Shown piece after piece: positions 37,657-49,810 of a DNA stretch of 64,000 nucleotides. The stretch's first letter is position 1. Each line of letters opens with the position of its first letter. The notes below the pieces were generated by a model. The model was given only the letters and a program-made list of their open reading frames with translations. It was not told the DNA's origin and did no database searches. The position numbers and the translations under genes are program-made. Origin of the DNA: Scyliorhinus canicula (Eukaryota); assembly GCF_902713615.1 (NCBI RefSeq), contig NC_052165.1, positions 9,998,348 through 10,062,347 of the forward strand, in the 5' to 3' direction.

Positions 37657-38859
37657 GTAAATATCTCAGATAGATTAAAGTGACCTCTATGTGCACAGGT
37701 ACAAAGGGGAGATGTTTATCCCCAGAAAATGGTTGGCTTGGACCAGGTGGGAGGTTAATTTACTAAAACCCTGAACCCAACCCACCTTCGAACCACTTCT
37801 GGTTTGCACAACGGTGGGATGGATTGCTTGGGGGGGGAGGGGGTGCAGTTGTGCGGGGAAAACCCACCTTCAGGGTTTCCTATGTGCTACTAGACACCAT
37901 CATCCCAAGACCCTGGATCTATCTGAAACTTCAGCAGTCACCAACTTCTAGTAGTTTTAGCTCTCCTGCTACTTCGCTTGGAGGCCCAAAATTATTTTTC
38001 AGATAGTGCTCAGGAATATTTCTGTGTGTGACTGCCTTACAGTAAATGTTGCCCCAGCCCCAGAAGGCCAGAGGCTGCTGGGCCATTTGAGAGCTGACTG
38101 GTGGTGATTTAACCTGAGGGTCACCAAGCTTCAGGCAAGGGGCAAAGTTGAGAAGACAGGGCCTTCATGGATAACCTCAGCAGGTATAGGAATTGAACCC
38201 TTTGCATCACAAACCAGCCGTCTGGCCAACTGAGCTAAATCCATGATATAATCCCTTCAATTGCATTCAAACATGTCACCCTTGTTTGAAGTGAATTGAT
38301 TGTCTCCTCTCTTAAAAAAATAGTCTTCCCTTTCTTCCTCCAAACAACAAAAGCTAAACCCCATCATAGCTCCATAGGCCATTGCTGCAACAACTACCTT
38401 TTAAGAGCTCTATTCTAGTATGTTTATTTCTTTGTATTTGCTAAGGACATTTTTAAGATGTGAACCAATGGAGGGAGCTGATGAGCATTTCATGTGATTT
38501 AATGAGAAATATTAAACCAATCACCCGAGGTGAGCAGCTCTCACTGCAAAGAAATTAATTTTATTCAAATGAGCTATTTTACTTTTTTTAAATATATACT
38601 TGCCGAAAAGCGAACATTTTAATGGAGATTTTTTTCCACTCTGGGAATGTCTTTGTGAACTCATTCATGGGATTTTATTTATGTTTCCTATTTTTTCCCA
38701 GTTCTCTAGATCTTGCACCTTGAGCTGCTGACAAAATGGTTAGCCAGTTTGCTGAGGCCCCAATTTGTGTTAACTTTGAACCAGCCACTAGGAGGCATAC
38801 AACTGGTCTCATTCTCCTGACTACCATCACCAGCACACTTTTTTGCCTTTAGCACTCCG

Positions 38860-39563
38860 GGACAGGATTCTGCCGTAATCGGCGGGTGGGCAACTCCAGC
38901 GGGACGGAGTGACGTGAACCACTCCGGCGTCGGGCCTCCCCAAAGGTGCGGAATCCTCCGCACCTTCAGGGGCTAGGCCCACCCCGGAGTGGTTTGCGCC
39001 CCGCCGGCCAGCGGGAAAGGGGCTTGGCGCCACACCAACCAGCGCCGAAGGGCCTCCACGGCCGGCGCTAGTTGGCGCATGCGCAGGAGCACCAGCATGT
39101 GCTGGCGTCATCCCCGCACATGCGCAGGGGGCTTCGTTTCCGCACCGGCAATGGCGGACTGCTAGAGCCACCGGTGCGGAACAATAGAGTGCTCCCACGA
39201 CACAGGCCTGCCGGGCAGATCGGTGGGTCCCGATCGCGGGCCAGGCCACCTTGGGAGCACCTCCCGAGGCCAGATCCCCCCCCAAGAACCCCGGAGGCCG
39301 CCCGGGCCACCAGGACCTACTCCAATTTACGCCGGCGGGACTGGCAAAAAACGGGCGGGACGTCGGCCCATCGCGGGCCAGAGAATTTGGGCAGCCCCGG
39401 GGCCCATTGAGTCGAGCCAGTCCCCGCCATTCTCTGAGGCAGGCGGCACGATTTACGCCAGGCCGATTTTTGGGGGTAGGAGAATTTTGAGGACAGCGGG
39501 GGCGGGATTTACGCCGACCCCCGGCGATTCTCCAACCCAGTGGGGGTTCGGAGAATCCCGCCC
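38860..39563. mobile_element. GC/CpG-rich TIR element, TSD CCG; inverted relative to 35572-36149
   Basis: GGACAGGATTCTGCC...GGAGAATCCCGCCC; CCG at 38857-59 and 39564-66. Confidence 0.85.
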
Positions 39564-39650
39564 CCGATGTCTAATCGGTTGTACTTGTGTCCTGCACAAT
39601 CATAGACCTTGCAGTATTGTTCTGGTACACAGTTACCACAGCTCCACAGT

Positions 39651-39885
39651 TGGGCAGCATGGTGGCACAAGTGGATAGCACTGTGGCTTCACAGCACCAG
39701 AGTCCCAGGTTCGATTCCCCGCTGGGTCACTGTCTGTGTGGAGTCTGCACGTTCTCCCCGTGTGTGCGTGGGTTTTCTCCGGGTGCTCCGGTTTCCTCCC
39801 ACAGTCGAAAGACGTGCAGGTTAGGTGGATTGGCCATGATAAATTGCACTTCGTGACCAAAAAGTTTAGGAGGGAATATTGTGTT
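39651..39885 (+). mobile_element. HE1-like V-SINE, 3' truncated
   Basis: tRNA-like head plus V-core GGGTGCTCCGGTTTCCTCCCACAG. Confidence 0.88.
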
Positions 39886-39964
39886 TAATTTTATCATCTA
39901 TCATGTTACAGGACCTGAGAGCCACAAAATATTTTTGGTCAAATTGGCATACCTAACTAATTCC

Positions 39965-40620
39965 GGCATTGCATCCACCATTCCCATAGCACAACTCTAA
40001 TGCCATCTTCTCCTCCCATGCCATTTCCATCCCATGCCATTCCTTCCTTCCCATGCCATTACTCCCATGCCAGCTCTCCCATCAATGCCATCCCAATTCT
40101 ATACCACTGCAACCTTCCTGTGACCCTCTCATGCCATCCCTTTTTTCCTATGCTAATCTAATCCCATGACATTCCATTTTCTATGCTATCCTTTGATGCC
40201 ACCACTTCCCTCCCACTTCTCCCACTTTGATGCCAGCCCGTTTCGTGTTATTCCGTGCTTTCCAGGCAATCCCTCCCATTATATTCACACCCCATCATAC
40301 TCTGCTGATATTCCGACCATACATCCCCGCCCTTCCATGCGATCCATCTCCATGCTTCCCAACGTTCCCTCCTTCCGTAAAATGCTATCTTCCTCTCCCT
40401 CCTTTGCACTCGCTCGCTGCGGCCCCGATTATCCAAGACTGCCCAATCCCTGTGCTGCTGGGCTCCCCTTACTTTCTGCTGTTCCTTTTCTCTGCCACCT
40501 CCTTGCTGCTTCCACCAACACTGCCAACTATTGCCAGCCACATATGTCATCCAGCCGAGTCCTCCATGCCCACAGGTCTCTCCGTGTGCACCACGTGCCA
40601 CAAACCAAATCAACCCATCA
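39965..40620. repeat. Degenerate C-rich low-complexity repeat (CCATGCCATTCCC-like units)
   Basis: Recurrent CCATGC/ATGCCA units and strong C skew. Confidence 0.65.
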
Positions 40621-40944
40621 ATCAAAGTGCAGACGGACAGAGACGTTATTATTATGGATGCTGTAAAGACTCTGGGTACAAAATTCAGCTCCATCTTGCT
40701 TTTGACACTGGCTCAACGAAAGCATGAAACTCAAAAGATTTCTGGAAACACTCACTGCATATTCCATGCAGCACATTCTGACTATTAGGAGGTTAGGACA
40801 GGTGTGCTATCCATGCATTGGAAAATATCCAGAGTGGCCAGATCATGCTGTCAAACAGCCCCGCACACTAATATGAAGTGAAAGCTGAAAATGCTGGATA
40901 TACACAGCAGGTCTGGCTGCCTCTGTGGAAAGAGAAACAGAGTA

Positions 40945-41955
40945 CGCGATCTAACCAAATTGTCACAGAGTCCCGTGTCAAGCGCGTTTAGCCGGGTATT
41001 TCTCGCAGCACAGAGAAAGACCACTATATTGAACGGGACTTTGTTGCAATCTGGGGCCTCAACGGGAAGGCCCTGCCAAGGCCGCACTTAGTCCTGTTTC
41101 CTGCACCAAGGTGTTCCGCATGCCGTGCTGCGACCCTCAACCCCCAAGGAGCAGCAAAGCAGCACAGTGGGAATCACTGTTCCTTCACAGCTTCAGGGTC
41201 CCAGGTTCGATTCCTGGCTTGGGTCACTGTCTGTGCGCAGTCTGCACATTCTCCCCGTATCTTCGTGGGTTTCCTCTGGGTGCTCCGGTTTCCTCCCACA
41301 GGAAGACGTGCTTGTTAGGTAATTTGGACATTCTGAATTCTCCCTCTGTGTATCCGAACAGGCACCGGAATATGCCGACTAGGGGATTTTCACAGTAACT
41401 TCATTGCAGTGATAATGTAAGCCTATTTGTGACAATAAAGATTATTATATTATAAAGCCTCAACTCATTTATAAGGGGGTCCTCCATTCCCCCCCCGCAC
41501 TCTGCCTCACATGGACAAGGCACCCACGGGCCCAATCCCTGATGCAGGCAAAAGGCCTCAAACCTTTGTACTACCAGCCTGGCACTGCCCCTGCAAGGGT
41601 GCCAGGCTGGTGGTGCCACGGTATCTGGGTGGTACCAGTAGTGCGAGGGTGCAACCCTGCCCAGACCAGTGGGCCTCCAATCCCCTGGGAGAACCCACCC
41701 CCCCCGCCCCCTCACCAAGTGCTGTCCCACCCAGCAGCAATACTGAAAGACACTTGCCTAAAGTTCCTAGGTACTCACCCAAACATGCAGATTCGCCACA
41801 TACTGATCCCGTCCACAATGGCAGTGTCCCGCGAGATCCCATTAGGTCTCGCGAGGCGTGGCGAGTCGGGTAAATGCCAGAAAGGCCTCTCACGGCATCG
41901 ACCACCCACATCGCACCCCTGTTCGGGCAGCAGATGGCCGGGACATTGCACCCAG
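40945..41955. mobile_element. GC-rich TIR-family element with a nested V-SINE
   Basis: Shares GGCACTGCC/GTGCCAGG and TCCCGCGAGATC blocks with 4963-6031. Confidence 0.6.
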
Positions 41956-42003
41956 AGATAATGGGTGAAGTTCTCTGTTTGGTAGACTATGTTCTCCCAC
42001 CAG

Positions 42004-42602
42004 AGGCGAAATTCTCCGACCCCCAGCAGGACAGAGATTCTCCGCCACCCGGGAAGTGGCGGGGGCAGGAATCTCACCAGTCCGATCGGAGAGGCCCCTG
42101 CAGTGATTCTCCGGCCCGGATGGGCCGAAGTCCTGCCGCTGGGAGGCCTCTCCCGCCGCCGAGGTTTGAACCACTTCTGGAACGGCGGGATTAGCGGCGC
42201 GAGCAGGCCCCGGGGTCCTGGGAGGGGCGGGGGGCGATCGAACCCTGGGGGGTGCCCCCACGGTGGCCTGGCCCGCGATCGGGGCCCCCCGATCAGACTC
42301 CGGGCCAGTGCCCTGGGTGCACTATTTTCCTCCGCGGCCGCCACGGCCTTCGCTATGGCGGAAGCGGAAGAGAACCCCACATCGCGCATGCGCCGACCGG
42401 CGAAAGCCTTTCGGCCAGCCCCGCTGCCGGGGACGCCGGTTTTTTGCACCAGTCTTCTGGTGCAAAGCCGCTCTGGCGCGGGGCAGGCCCCCAAAGGTGG
42501 GGAGAATTCCCCACCTTTGGAGAGGCCTGACCCCTGAGTGGTTGGCGCTACTCCCTCTACGCCGGGACCCTCCGTCACACCGGGTAGGGGAGAATGCCGC
42601 CC
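42004..42602. mobile_element. CpG-rich TIR element, TSD CAG
   Basis: AGGCGAAATTCTCC...GGAGAATGCCGCCC; CAG at 42001-03 and 42603-05. Confidence 0.88.
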
Positions 42603-44240
42603 CAGAGCTGTATTGCACCTGATTTGCGATCTTAATTCCCAGAATAAAGAGAGCACACAAAGACCCCTTAAATGTAGGAGACATTCCCACGGAATGGGGC
42701 CATGATGTTTCACTGTAAGGTGGACAGCGACCACAGGGATTACGCTTGCATGTGATTTTGAAATTAGCTTTATGTTGCATTTTGGGCTTCTAACTTGTGG
42801 TTTCTAATTTCTTCTGTGGATCTTAGAATCTGCTGCCTGGGTCCTTCAATTTCTGCCAGGTCTAAGTGATAGACATGATTGTGGTCACCCTATCATGCAA
42901 TTTATATATTATATATGATACCAGATACATCAAGTGCTGTTGGGAGGGATTATAAACTAGATTGACAGAGAGAACACAGTGTGCTAATGTAGTAGGACAC
43001 AGCATGTCGAGTTTCAAAGGACTAAGGTAAGACTGGATGGCCTCCACTTAATGGCAGGAGTGCCGTAGGTAAGACAGCCATAGGTAAGACAGATGAGTTA
43101 AGAGCGTGGATTGACATCTGGAGTTGCGATGTTGTTGCCATAACAGAGACATGGTTGAGGGAGGGCAGGACTGGCAGCTCAGCATTCCAGGGCACAGGAT
43201 CTTCAGGCAGGACAGAGAAGGGTGTAAAAGAGGAGGTGGTGTTGCAGTATTAATTAAGGAGTCTGTTACTGAAGTGAGGACGAACGATATATTGGAAGTG
43301 TCTTTGAATGAGGTTTTGTGGATAGAGTTTAGGAATAAAAAGGGGGCAGTCACATTGCTGGACATGTATTCTTGACCAGCAAATAGTCAGTGGGAAGTAG
43401 AGGAGCAGATATGTAGACAATTCACTGAGGTGGGCAAAAATAATGATAGACTAATTTATATTGGGGGATTTTCACTCCCCCAACATTAATTGGGATGGTC
43501 ACATTGTAAAGGGATTAGAAGGAGCAGATTTCTTGATATATATTCAGGAGAGCTTTTTAATATCAGCACGTTGAAGGTCCAACAAGGGATGGTGCAGTGC
43601 TGGACCTATTTCTGGGAAACGATGCCCGATAGTTGTTCGCGGTAGCAGCGGGGGAGCATTTTAGTGACAGTGACCACAATACAGTTTGTCAAGGAAAAAG
43701 GAAAAAGATGGTCTGATTTTGCAAAGGAAGGAAAAGTGATGCGTTTAACAGGTACAAAAGGAGTAAATCCACAGAGGCCCTTGTGGAGTATAGAAAGTGC
43801 AGGGGATAACTTTTAAAAAAAACAGTTAGGAGGACAAAGAGGAGCCATGATAAAACACTGGTGGTTAAGACTAGGGAAAATCCCACGATAGTCACTAAAT
43901 ATGTGAAGGGGAAGAGGATAACCTGGGAAAGAGTAGGAAGGATCCATTAGGGACCATGGGGATAATCCGCGTGTCGGGCTGGATGATATTGGTCGGGTAT
44001 GAAATGAGTACTTCACATCTGTCTTCAGTTTGGAGAAGGAGGATGTGGGAAATTACAGGGGCTCTGACCCAAATTTTTTATTCCTCTCTGGCCACAGGGG
44101 AGATACCAGAGGGCTGGAGCACAGCTAATATGGTTCTACGTTCCAAGATGGATGGTAAAAATAAACCAGGGAGTCTCACATCAGTGGTAGGGAAACTAAA
44201 ATTCAGAAGGACATAATTAATCCCCACTTGGAGAGGCAAG

Positions 44241-44427
44241 GGGCGAGATTCTCTGTCCCGTCGCACCCGTTTTCTGGTGCGGTGTGCATCTGGCAGTGGC
44301 ATCCTCCATCCTGCCAGCCGGCCAATGGAATTTCCCATTGTGGGCACCCCCCACGCCGTCAGGAAATTGGCGGGTGTGAGTGAGCTGCCGGTGAAGTGAA
44401 GGATCCAGTCCACGGAGATTCCAACCC
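44241..44427. mobile_element. Short TIR element, TSD AAG; relatives at about 19244-19410, 30410-30552 and 61984-62130
   Basis: GGGCGAGATTCTC...GGAGATTCCAACCC with central palindrome CAATGGAATTTCCCATTG. Confidence 0.8.
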
Positions 44428-44858
44428 AAGGTTTGGTCAGAGACAGTTAGCAAAGCTTTGTCAGAGGGAGGTCATGCCGAACAAATCTGATTGAGGAGGT
44501 GACCAGGTGCGTAGATGAGGGTAGTATAGTTGATGCAGTTTATCTGGATTTCAGCAACACCTTTGACAATGTCCCACACGGGAGACTGATAAAGAAGGTA
44601 AAAGCACATGGGATACAGGGTAACGTGGCAAGTTGCATCCAAAATTGGTTTAGGAGATAGAGGGTGGTGGTAGAAGGCTGTTTGTGTGACCAGAGGCAGG
44701 TGTCCAGTGGCGTTCCACAGGGATCAGTGCTCGGCTCCTTATTATATGTGATTATATATAAACAATATAGAAGAAAATGTGGGAGGGATGATAAACAAGT
44801 TTGCAGATGACACGAGGATTGGTTGGGTCGTAGACAGGTTACAGGAGGATATCGTCAG

Positions 44859-45029
44859 AAACCAATAAAGGGAGGACTGTGAGACGGAGTATTTACATAG
44901 ACCATGCTGGTTGGGGTCTGTGTTTGGGGGGGAGATGGCTATTGTAGTTTTTTTGTCTTTGTTGGATTTTTCTGTTTAAAAGTGTTAAGTTTTATAAATG
45001 CCTTAATAAAATATTTTCTAAAAAAAAAG
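44859..45029 (+). mobile_element. 5'-truncated L1/Tx1-like 3' tail with AATAAA and oligo-A
   Basis: GT-rich 3' UTR, AATAAA at 45005-10, A-run, imperfect TSD GATATCGTCAGA/GATACCATCAAA. Confidence 0.6.
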
Positions 45030-45276
45030 ATACCATCAAATGGGCAGATGGGTGGCAGATTGAATTTAACCCTGAAAAGTGTGAGGTGATGCACTTTGGA
45101 AGGAGTAACACAACAAAGGAGTGATCAATGAACGGCAGGACACTAGGAAGCTCAGAGGAAGAGAGAGATCTTGGCTGTTTGCCCACAGATACCTGAAGGT
45201 GGCAGGACAGGCCAAAAGGGTTGTTAAGGAGGTACACGGGACACTTGCCTTTTTCAGTCGTGTCATAGATTATAAG

Positions 45277-45446
45277 TCATGATGTGGAGATGCCGGCATT
45301 GGACTGGGATGGGCACAGTTAAAAGTCTGACAACACCAGGTTAAAGTCCAACAGGTTTATTTGGAATCACTAGCTGTGCTACGAAAGCTAGCGATTCCAA
45401 ATAAACCTGTTGGATTTAGATTGGTGTTGTAAGACATCTTACTAGT
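45277..45446. mobile_element. Penelope-derived palindrome, copy 3 (opposite orientation, hammerhead core deleted)
   Basis: TSD TTATAAG at 45270-76 and 45447-53. Confidence 0.75.
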
Positions 45447-45693
45447 TTATAAGAGCAGGGAGGTTACGTTGGAGGTTATGTTGGAGCTGTGCAGGAGTTT
45501 GATTAGGTCACAGCTGGAGTACTGTGTTCAGTTCTGGTCACCGCATTATAGGAAAGATGCGATTGCACTGGAGAGGGTGGAGATAAGATTCACCAGGATG
45601 CTGCCTGGGATGGAATATTATAGTTATGCAGAGAAGCTGGATAAGCTCAGGTTTTTTTCTTTGATGCAGAGGTGGCTGAGAGGGGACCTGATT

Positions 45694-46022
45694 AGACATA
45701 GAACAGTACAGCACAGAACAGGCCCTTCGGCCCTCGATGTTGTGCCGAGCAATGATCACCCTACTTAAACCCACGTAACCCGTATACCCGTAACCCAACA
45801 ATCCCCCCATTAACCTTACACTACGGGCAATTTAGCATGGCCAATCCACCTAACCCGCACATCTTTGGACTGTGGGAGGAAACCGGAGCACCCGGAGGAA
45901 ACCCACGCACACACGGGGAGGACGTGCAGACTCCACACAGACAGTGACCCAGCCGGGATTCGAACCTGGGACCCTGGAGTTGTGAAGCATTGATGCTAAC
46001 CACGATGCTACCGTGAGGCCCC
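45694..46022 (-). mobile_element. HE1-like V-SINE inserted in the LINE
   Basis: CCTGATT duplicated at 45687-93 and 46023-29. Confidence 0.9.
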
Positions 46023-46193
46023 CCTGATTGAGGTGTATAAGATTATGAGAGGCATGGACAGGGTGGATAGGAAGCAGCTGTTCTCCTGAGTTGAAGGGTC
46101 AATAACAAGGGGGCATAATTTGAAGGCGAAAGGCAGGAAGTTTTGAGGGGGTTTGAGGAAAATAATTTTCACTCAGAGGGTGGTGAGAATCTG

Positions 46194-46922
46194 GGGCTGG
46201 ATTCTCCCCTACCCGGCGTGACGGAGGGTGCCGGCGTAGGGGAGTGGCGCCAACCACTCAGGGGTCGCGCCTCCCCAAAGGTGGGGAATTCTCCCCACCT
46301 TTGGGGGCCAGCCCCGCGCCGGAGCAGTTTGCACCAGAAGACTGGCGCAAACACCCGCCGCTGTCGGAAGCGGGGCTGGCCGAAAGGCTTTCGGCGGTCG
46401 GCGCATGCGCCGGCAGTGACGTCAGCGGCAGCTGGCCGCTGACGTCACTGCCGGCGCATGCGCGATGCGGGGTTCTCCTCCGCGTCCGCCATGGCGGAGG
46501 CCGTGGCGGCGCGGAAGGAGAAAGAGTGCCCCCACGGCACTGCCCCGCAGAGTGAGCGGGGGGCCCCGATCGCGGGCCAGGCCTCCATGGGGGCACCCCC
46601 CCGGGTCCGATCGCCCCCCGCCCCCCCAGGACCCCGGGGGCCCGCTCGCGCCGCTGAGCCCGCCGTTCCAGAGGTGGTTTAAACCTCGGCGGCGGGAGAA
46701 GGCCTCCCAGCGGCGGGACTTCGGCCCATCCGGGCCGGAGATTTGAGGTAAGTTTTTTAAAAAATGAAATCCCGCCGGCGCCAGCTGTTTTCACAGGCTG
46801 CCGGCGGGATTTACACAACGCCGGTTTATGACCGGCGGGAGAATTACAAACCCTGCGGGAGCGGAAATAACGCCGCTTCCCGCCTATTCTCCGACCCTGC
46901 GTGGGGTCGGAGAATTTCGCCC
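46194..46922. mobile_element. CpG-rich TIR element, TSD CTG; inverted close relative of 42004-42602
   Basis: GGGCTGGATTCTCC...GGAGAATTTCGCCC; removing it restores the LINE text GTGAGAATCTGGAGTGCACTG. Confidence 0.9.
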
Positions 46923-47874
46923 CTGGAGTGCACTGTCCGGGAGGCCAGTTAAGGCAAGTAACCTCACAATCCTGAAAAAGTTCTTGGATGAGTCCTTGAA
47001 ATGTCGTAACAATCATGGCTGTGGGCCAAGTGCTGCGAAGTGGGATTAATGTAGATTAGAGTCGGTGCTTTTTTGTCTGTGTAGGCTTGATGGGTCAAAG
47101 GCCTCTCCTGTACTGGATGATTCAATTATTTTTCAACTTATCTAATTTATCTACACATTAAAATTGTTTACAAAACTTAAGATAATTTATTAAATACATA
47201 CAATGGGTTGGATTTTACCAGCCCTCTGGGGACAAGCTGGGAGGAGAGCAGCCCATAAAATGGCAAGGGAAGGCAGCCAGTGGAATATCCATCACTTTCC
47301 CATTAGCAAGCCACCTTGCCAATGCCAAGAAAGGTGGCAGACCACCCTCCTGCCCAAAACTCAATTGCGCCACTGAAATGGACAAATAAGGGACACTTCC
47401 CTCTTCGACTGGCATTCGGTCAAAGGCAGGGAAGTCCTGCGGTGTGCAGGGAGAACAGTGGGGCGAGGCCTTGTTCAAGGCACTCTTTGGTTCCCTCCCA
47501 CCATGTCCTCAGCAATAGTGCCACTTACCCTCATCATGTTCACCTCCCTGTTGCCAGCCAGGGCTTGTCTGACTTGCTGGCCCCAGCATTCCAACAGCCA
47601 GGTTCTGAGAGCATCAGTGATGCGTGCTCTTCGTCCTGTTAAATCCGAGCAGTGGCCACCACTCCCAATGGCTGCCGAGCCGCCAACCCTCCAGTTGTCG
47701 TCTCCTGAAGTGACACAGCACCAGATTCTAATGACCGCCAAAGTGAAGGATTGCCCTGCTATTTCCAGGTAGGCCGGCAGAGCCACCTCCACCAGCACGA
47801 AATTCAGTCCAACATATCATAGCTCCTTACTGTTTTCTGAAGAGGACAGAAAAGATTCTAAGACAGTAGTCGAT

Positions 47875-48082
47875 AGAGGTGTCCTCTTTGTGTCCTGATT
47901 GAAATCTATCCCTGAATCAACGCTTAAAACAAATGATCTGGTAATTTGTTTCATTGCAGTGTGTGGTAAACACCCTTAGCACAAATAGCTGATACATTCC
48001 CCACATTACAACAATGACTATGTTACTTCATTGGTTGGGTGATCGTAAAATTGTGAGAGGCGATATGTAAATGGAAGTCTCA
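47875..48082 (+). mobile_element. Old Deu-domain SINE remnant (SacSINE1/DeuSINE-like)
   Basis: Degenerate GTCCTG..TATCCCT..GATCTGGT..CATTGC..CACATTACAACAATGACTA..CTTCATTGG..AGGCGATATGTAAATG. Confidence 0.55.
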
Positions 48083-48170
48083 TTTTAAACAACACAAAAA
48101 AATTGCCTACACCTACAATTTCCATTCCTGGTTTGCCATTTCACTCTCTTGAAGTGAAACAACGTATTAT

Positions 48171-48994
48171 GGCCGGGATTCTCCGACCCCGCGTGGGGTC
48201 CGACGCCGGCTCCCTGATTCTCCAGCGGCGATTTTTGGGCACCCGTGGGATCGCCGCCGCGCCAGTCGGGGGCCGTTGAAAGTGCTCCCCGGCGATTCTC
48301 CGGGCCTCAACGGGCCGAGTGGCCACTGGGTTCGGCCAAGTCCTGCCGGCACGGGTTACGTATGGTTCCACCCTGCGGGACCTCGCCGTTCTGTCTGCGG
48401 GGGCTGTCCTGGTGTAGGGGCGGGGGTTCAGATCCCCGGGGCGCCTCCACGGTGGCCTGGTCCATGATCGGGGCCTACGGATCAGCAGACGGGCTGGTTC
48501 CGTGGTGGCCTATGTTCCTCCGCGCTGGGCCCCCGTAGGGCTCCACCATATTGCCGGGGCGGAGACAGGAACCCACCCGCATGCGCGAACACGCGCCGGC
48601 CGCGGCGTGCCGGTTTTCGAGTGCCGGAGCTGCGGAGACCACTCCAGCAACATATTAGCCCCTGGGAAGTGGTGGGTAGCTGCCAGGTGAAGCCCACTTT
48701 TCATTTTTTTTTATTAATAAAAATTTTGATTACCCAATTATTTTTTCCAATTAAGGGACAATTTAGAATGGCCAATCCACCTACGCTGTACATTTTTGGG
48801 TTGTGGGGGCGAAACCCACGCAGACACGGGGAGAATGTGCAAACTCCACATGGACAGTGACCCAGAGCCGGGATCGAACCTGGGACCTCAGCGCCGTGAG
48901 GCAGCTGTGCTAACCACTAGGCCACCGTGCTGCCCTGAAGCCCACTTTTCATGCCGGCTTCGGAACTTGGCCGCAGGATTGGAGAATCCTGGCC
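48171..48994. mobile_element. CpG-rich TIR element (TSD TAT) with a nested - strand SINE at 48705-48935
   Basis: GGCCGGGATTCTCC...GGAGAATCCTGGCC; the SINE has a perfect 17-bp TSD TGAAGCCCACTTTTCAT at 48688-704 and 48936-952. Confidence 0.88.
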
Positions 48995-49473
48995 TATATT
49001 CCTCAAGTGAGGAGTTTATAACAAAATGCATAAGCCACCCCTTACAGAGCTGTTTTCTTTTAGCTTGAATGCCCCAAAGAAATATAACAAGGACTAAGGA
49101 ACAACAACAACATTCTGACTTTTGTCCCTTAATTCCTTCGAAGGAGAAAGCATCTTCATTGATGTGGAAACCCAATCGTTCTCGGGCAACATTACCCATT
49201 TATGAAAAAATGACAAACCTTATTTAGTTGATCCTGGAGAATTAGGTGCATTAATATTTAGGATGAAACTTGACCTTCAGTCAGTTTTCAACCAATTGAC
49301 GGGTGATTTTCCAGCATGGGTTCCACTACCATTGACAAGCCTGGGAATTGGTCGGTACTGAACAAAATGTAAAGAAGTATTTTTATCTGTTTGAAAAGAG
49401 TAAACAATAGAAAGTGATTCACAAGGTGCAAATGTGGTGGTATACATGAAGTTAAATGATCAGAACTCATCAC

Positions 49474-49810
49474 AGGATGGCACGGTAGCACAATGGTTAG
49501 CACAGTTGCTTCACAGCTCCAGGACCCCAGGTTCAATTCCTAGCTTAGGTTACTGTCTGTGTGGAGTATGCATGTTCTCCCCATGTAGGCGTGGGTTTCC
49601 TCCAGGTGCTCCTGTTTCCCCCCCCCACAGTCCAAAGGTGAGCGGGCTTGGTGGATTGGCCAAGCTAAATTGCCCTTAGTGTCCACAAAGGTTAGGTTGG
49701 GTTGCGGGGATGGGATGGAGGTGTGGGCTTGGGTTGGGTGCGCTTTTGAAGGGCTATGGCAGACCTGATGGACCAAATGGCCTCCTTCTGCACTGTAAAT
49801 TCTATGATCA
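49474..49810 (+). mobile_element. HE1-like V-SINE, full length, CR1-type tail
   Basis: Head, V-core and tail GGCCTCCTTCTGCACTGTAAATTCTATG. Confidence 0.88.

Larger units (their letters stand above)
43000..47130 (+). mobile_element. Fragmented CR1-clade LINE ORF2 (APE endonuclease to RT to 3' UTR) carrying five nested insertions
   Basis: Endonuclease motifs IFRQDREGCKRGGGVAVLIKE and GDFxxPNINW; RT motifs SGVPQGSVLG and KFADDT; LEYCVQFWSPHY; 3' tail to about 47125. Confidence 0.9.

Noticed and set aside
40166-40727. Overlapping 148-166 aa ORFs
   Set aside because: They arise from C-rich low-complexity repeat.
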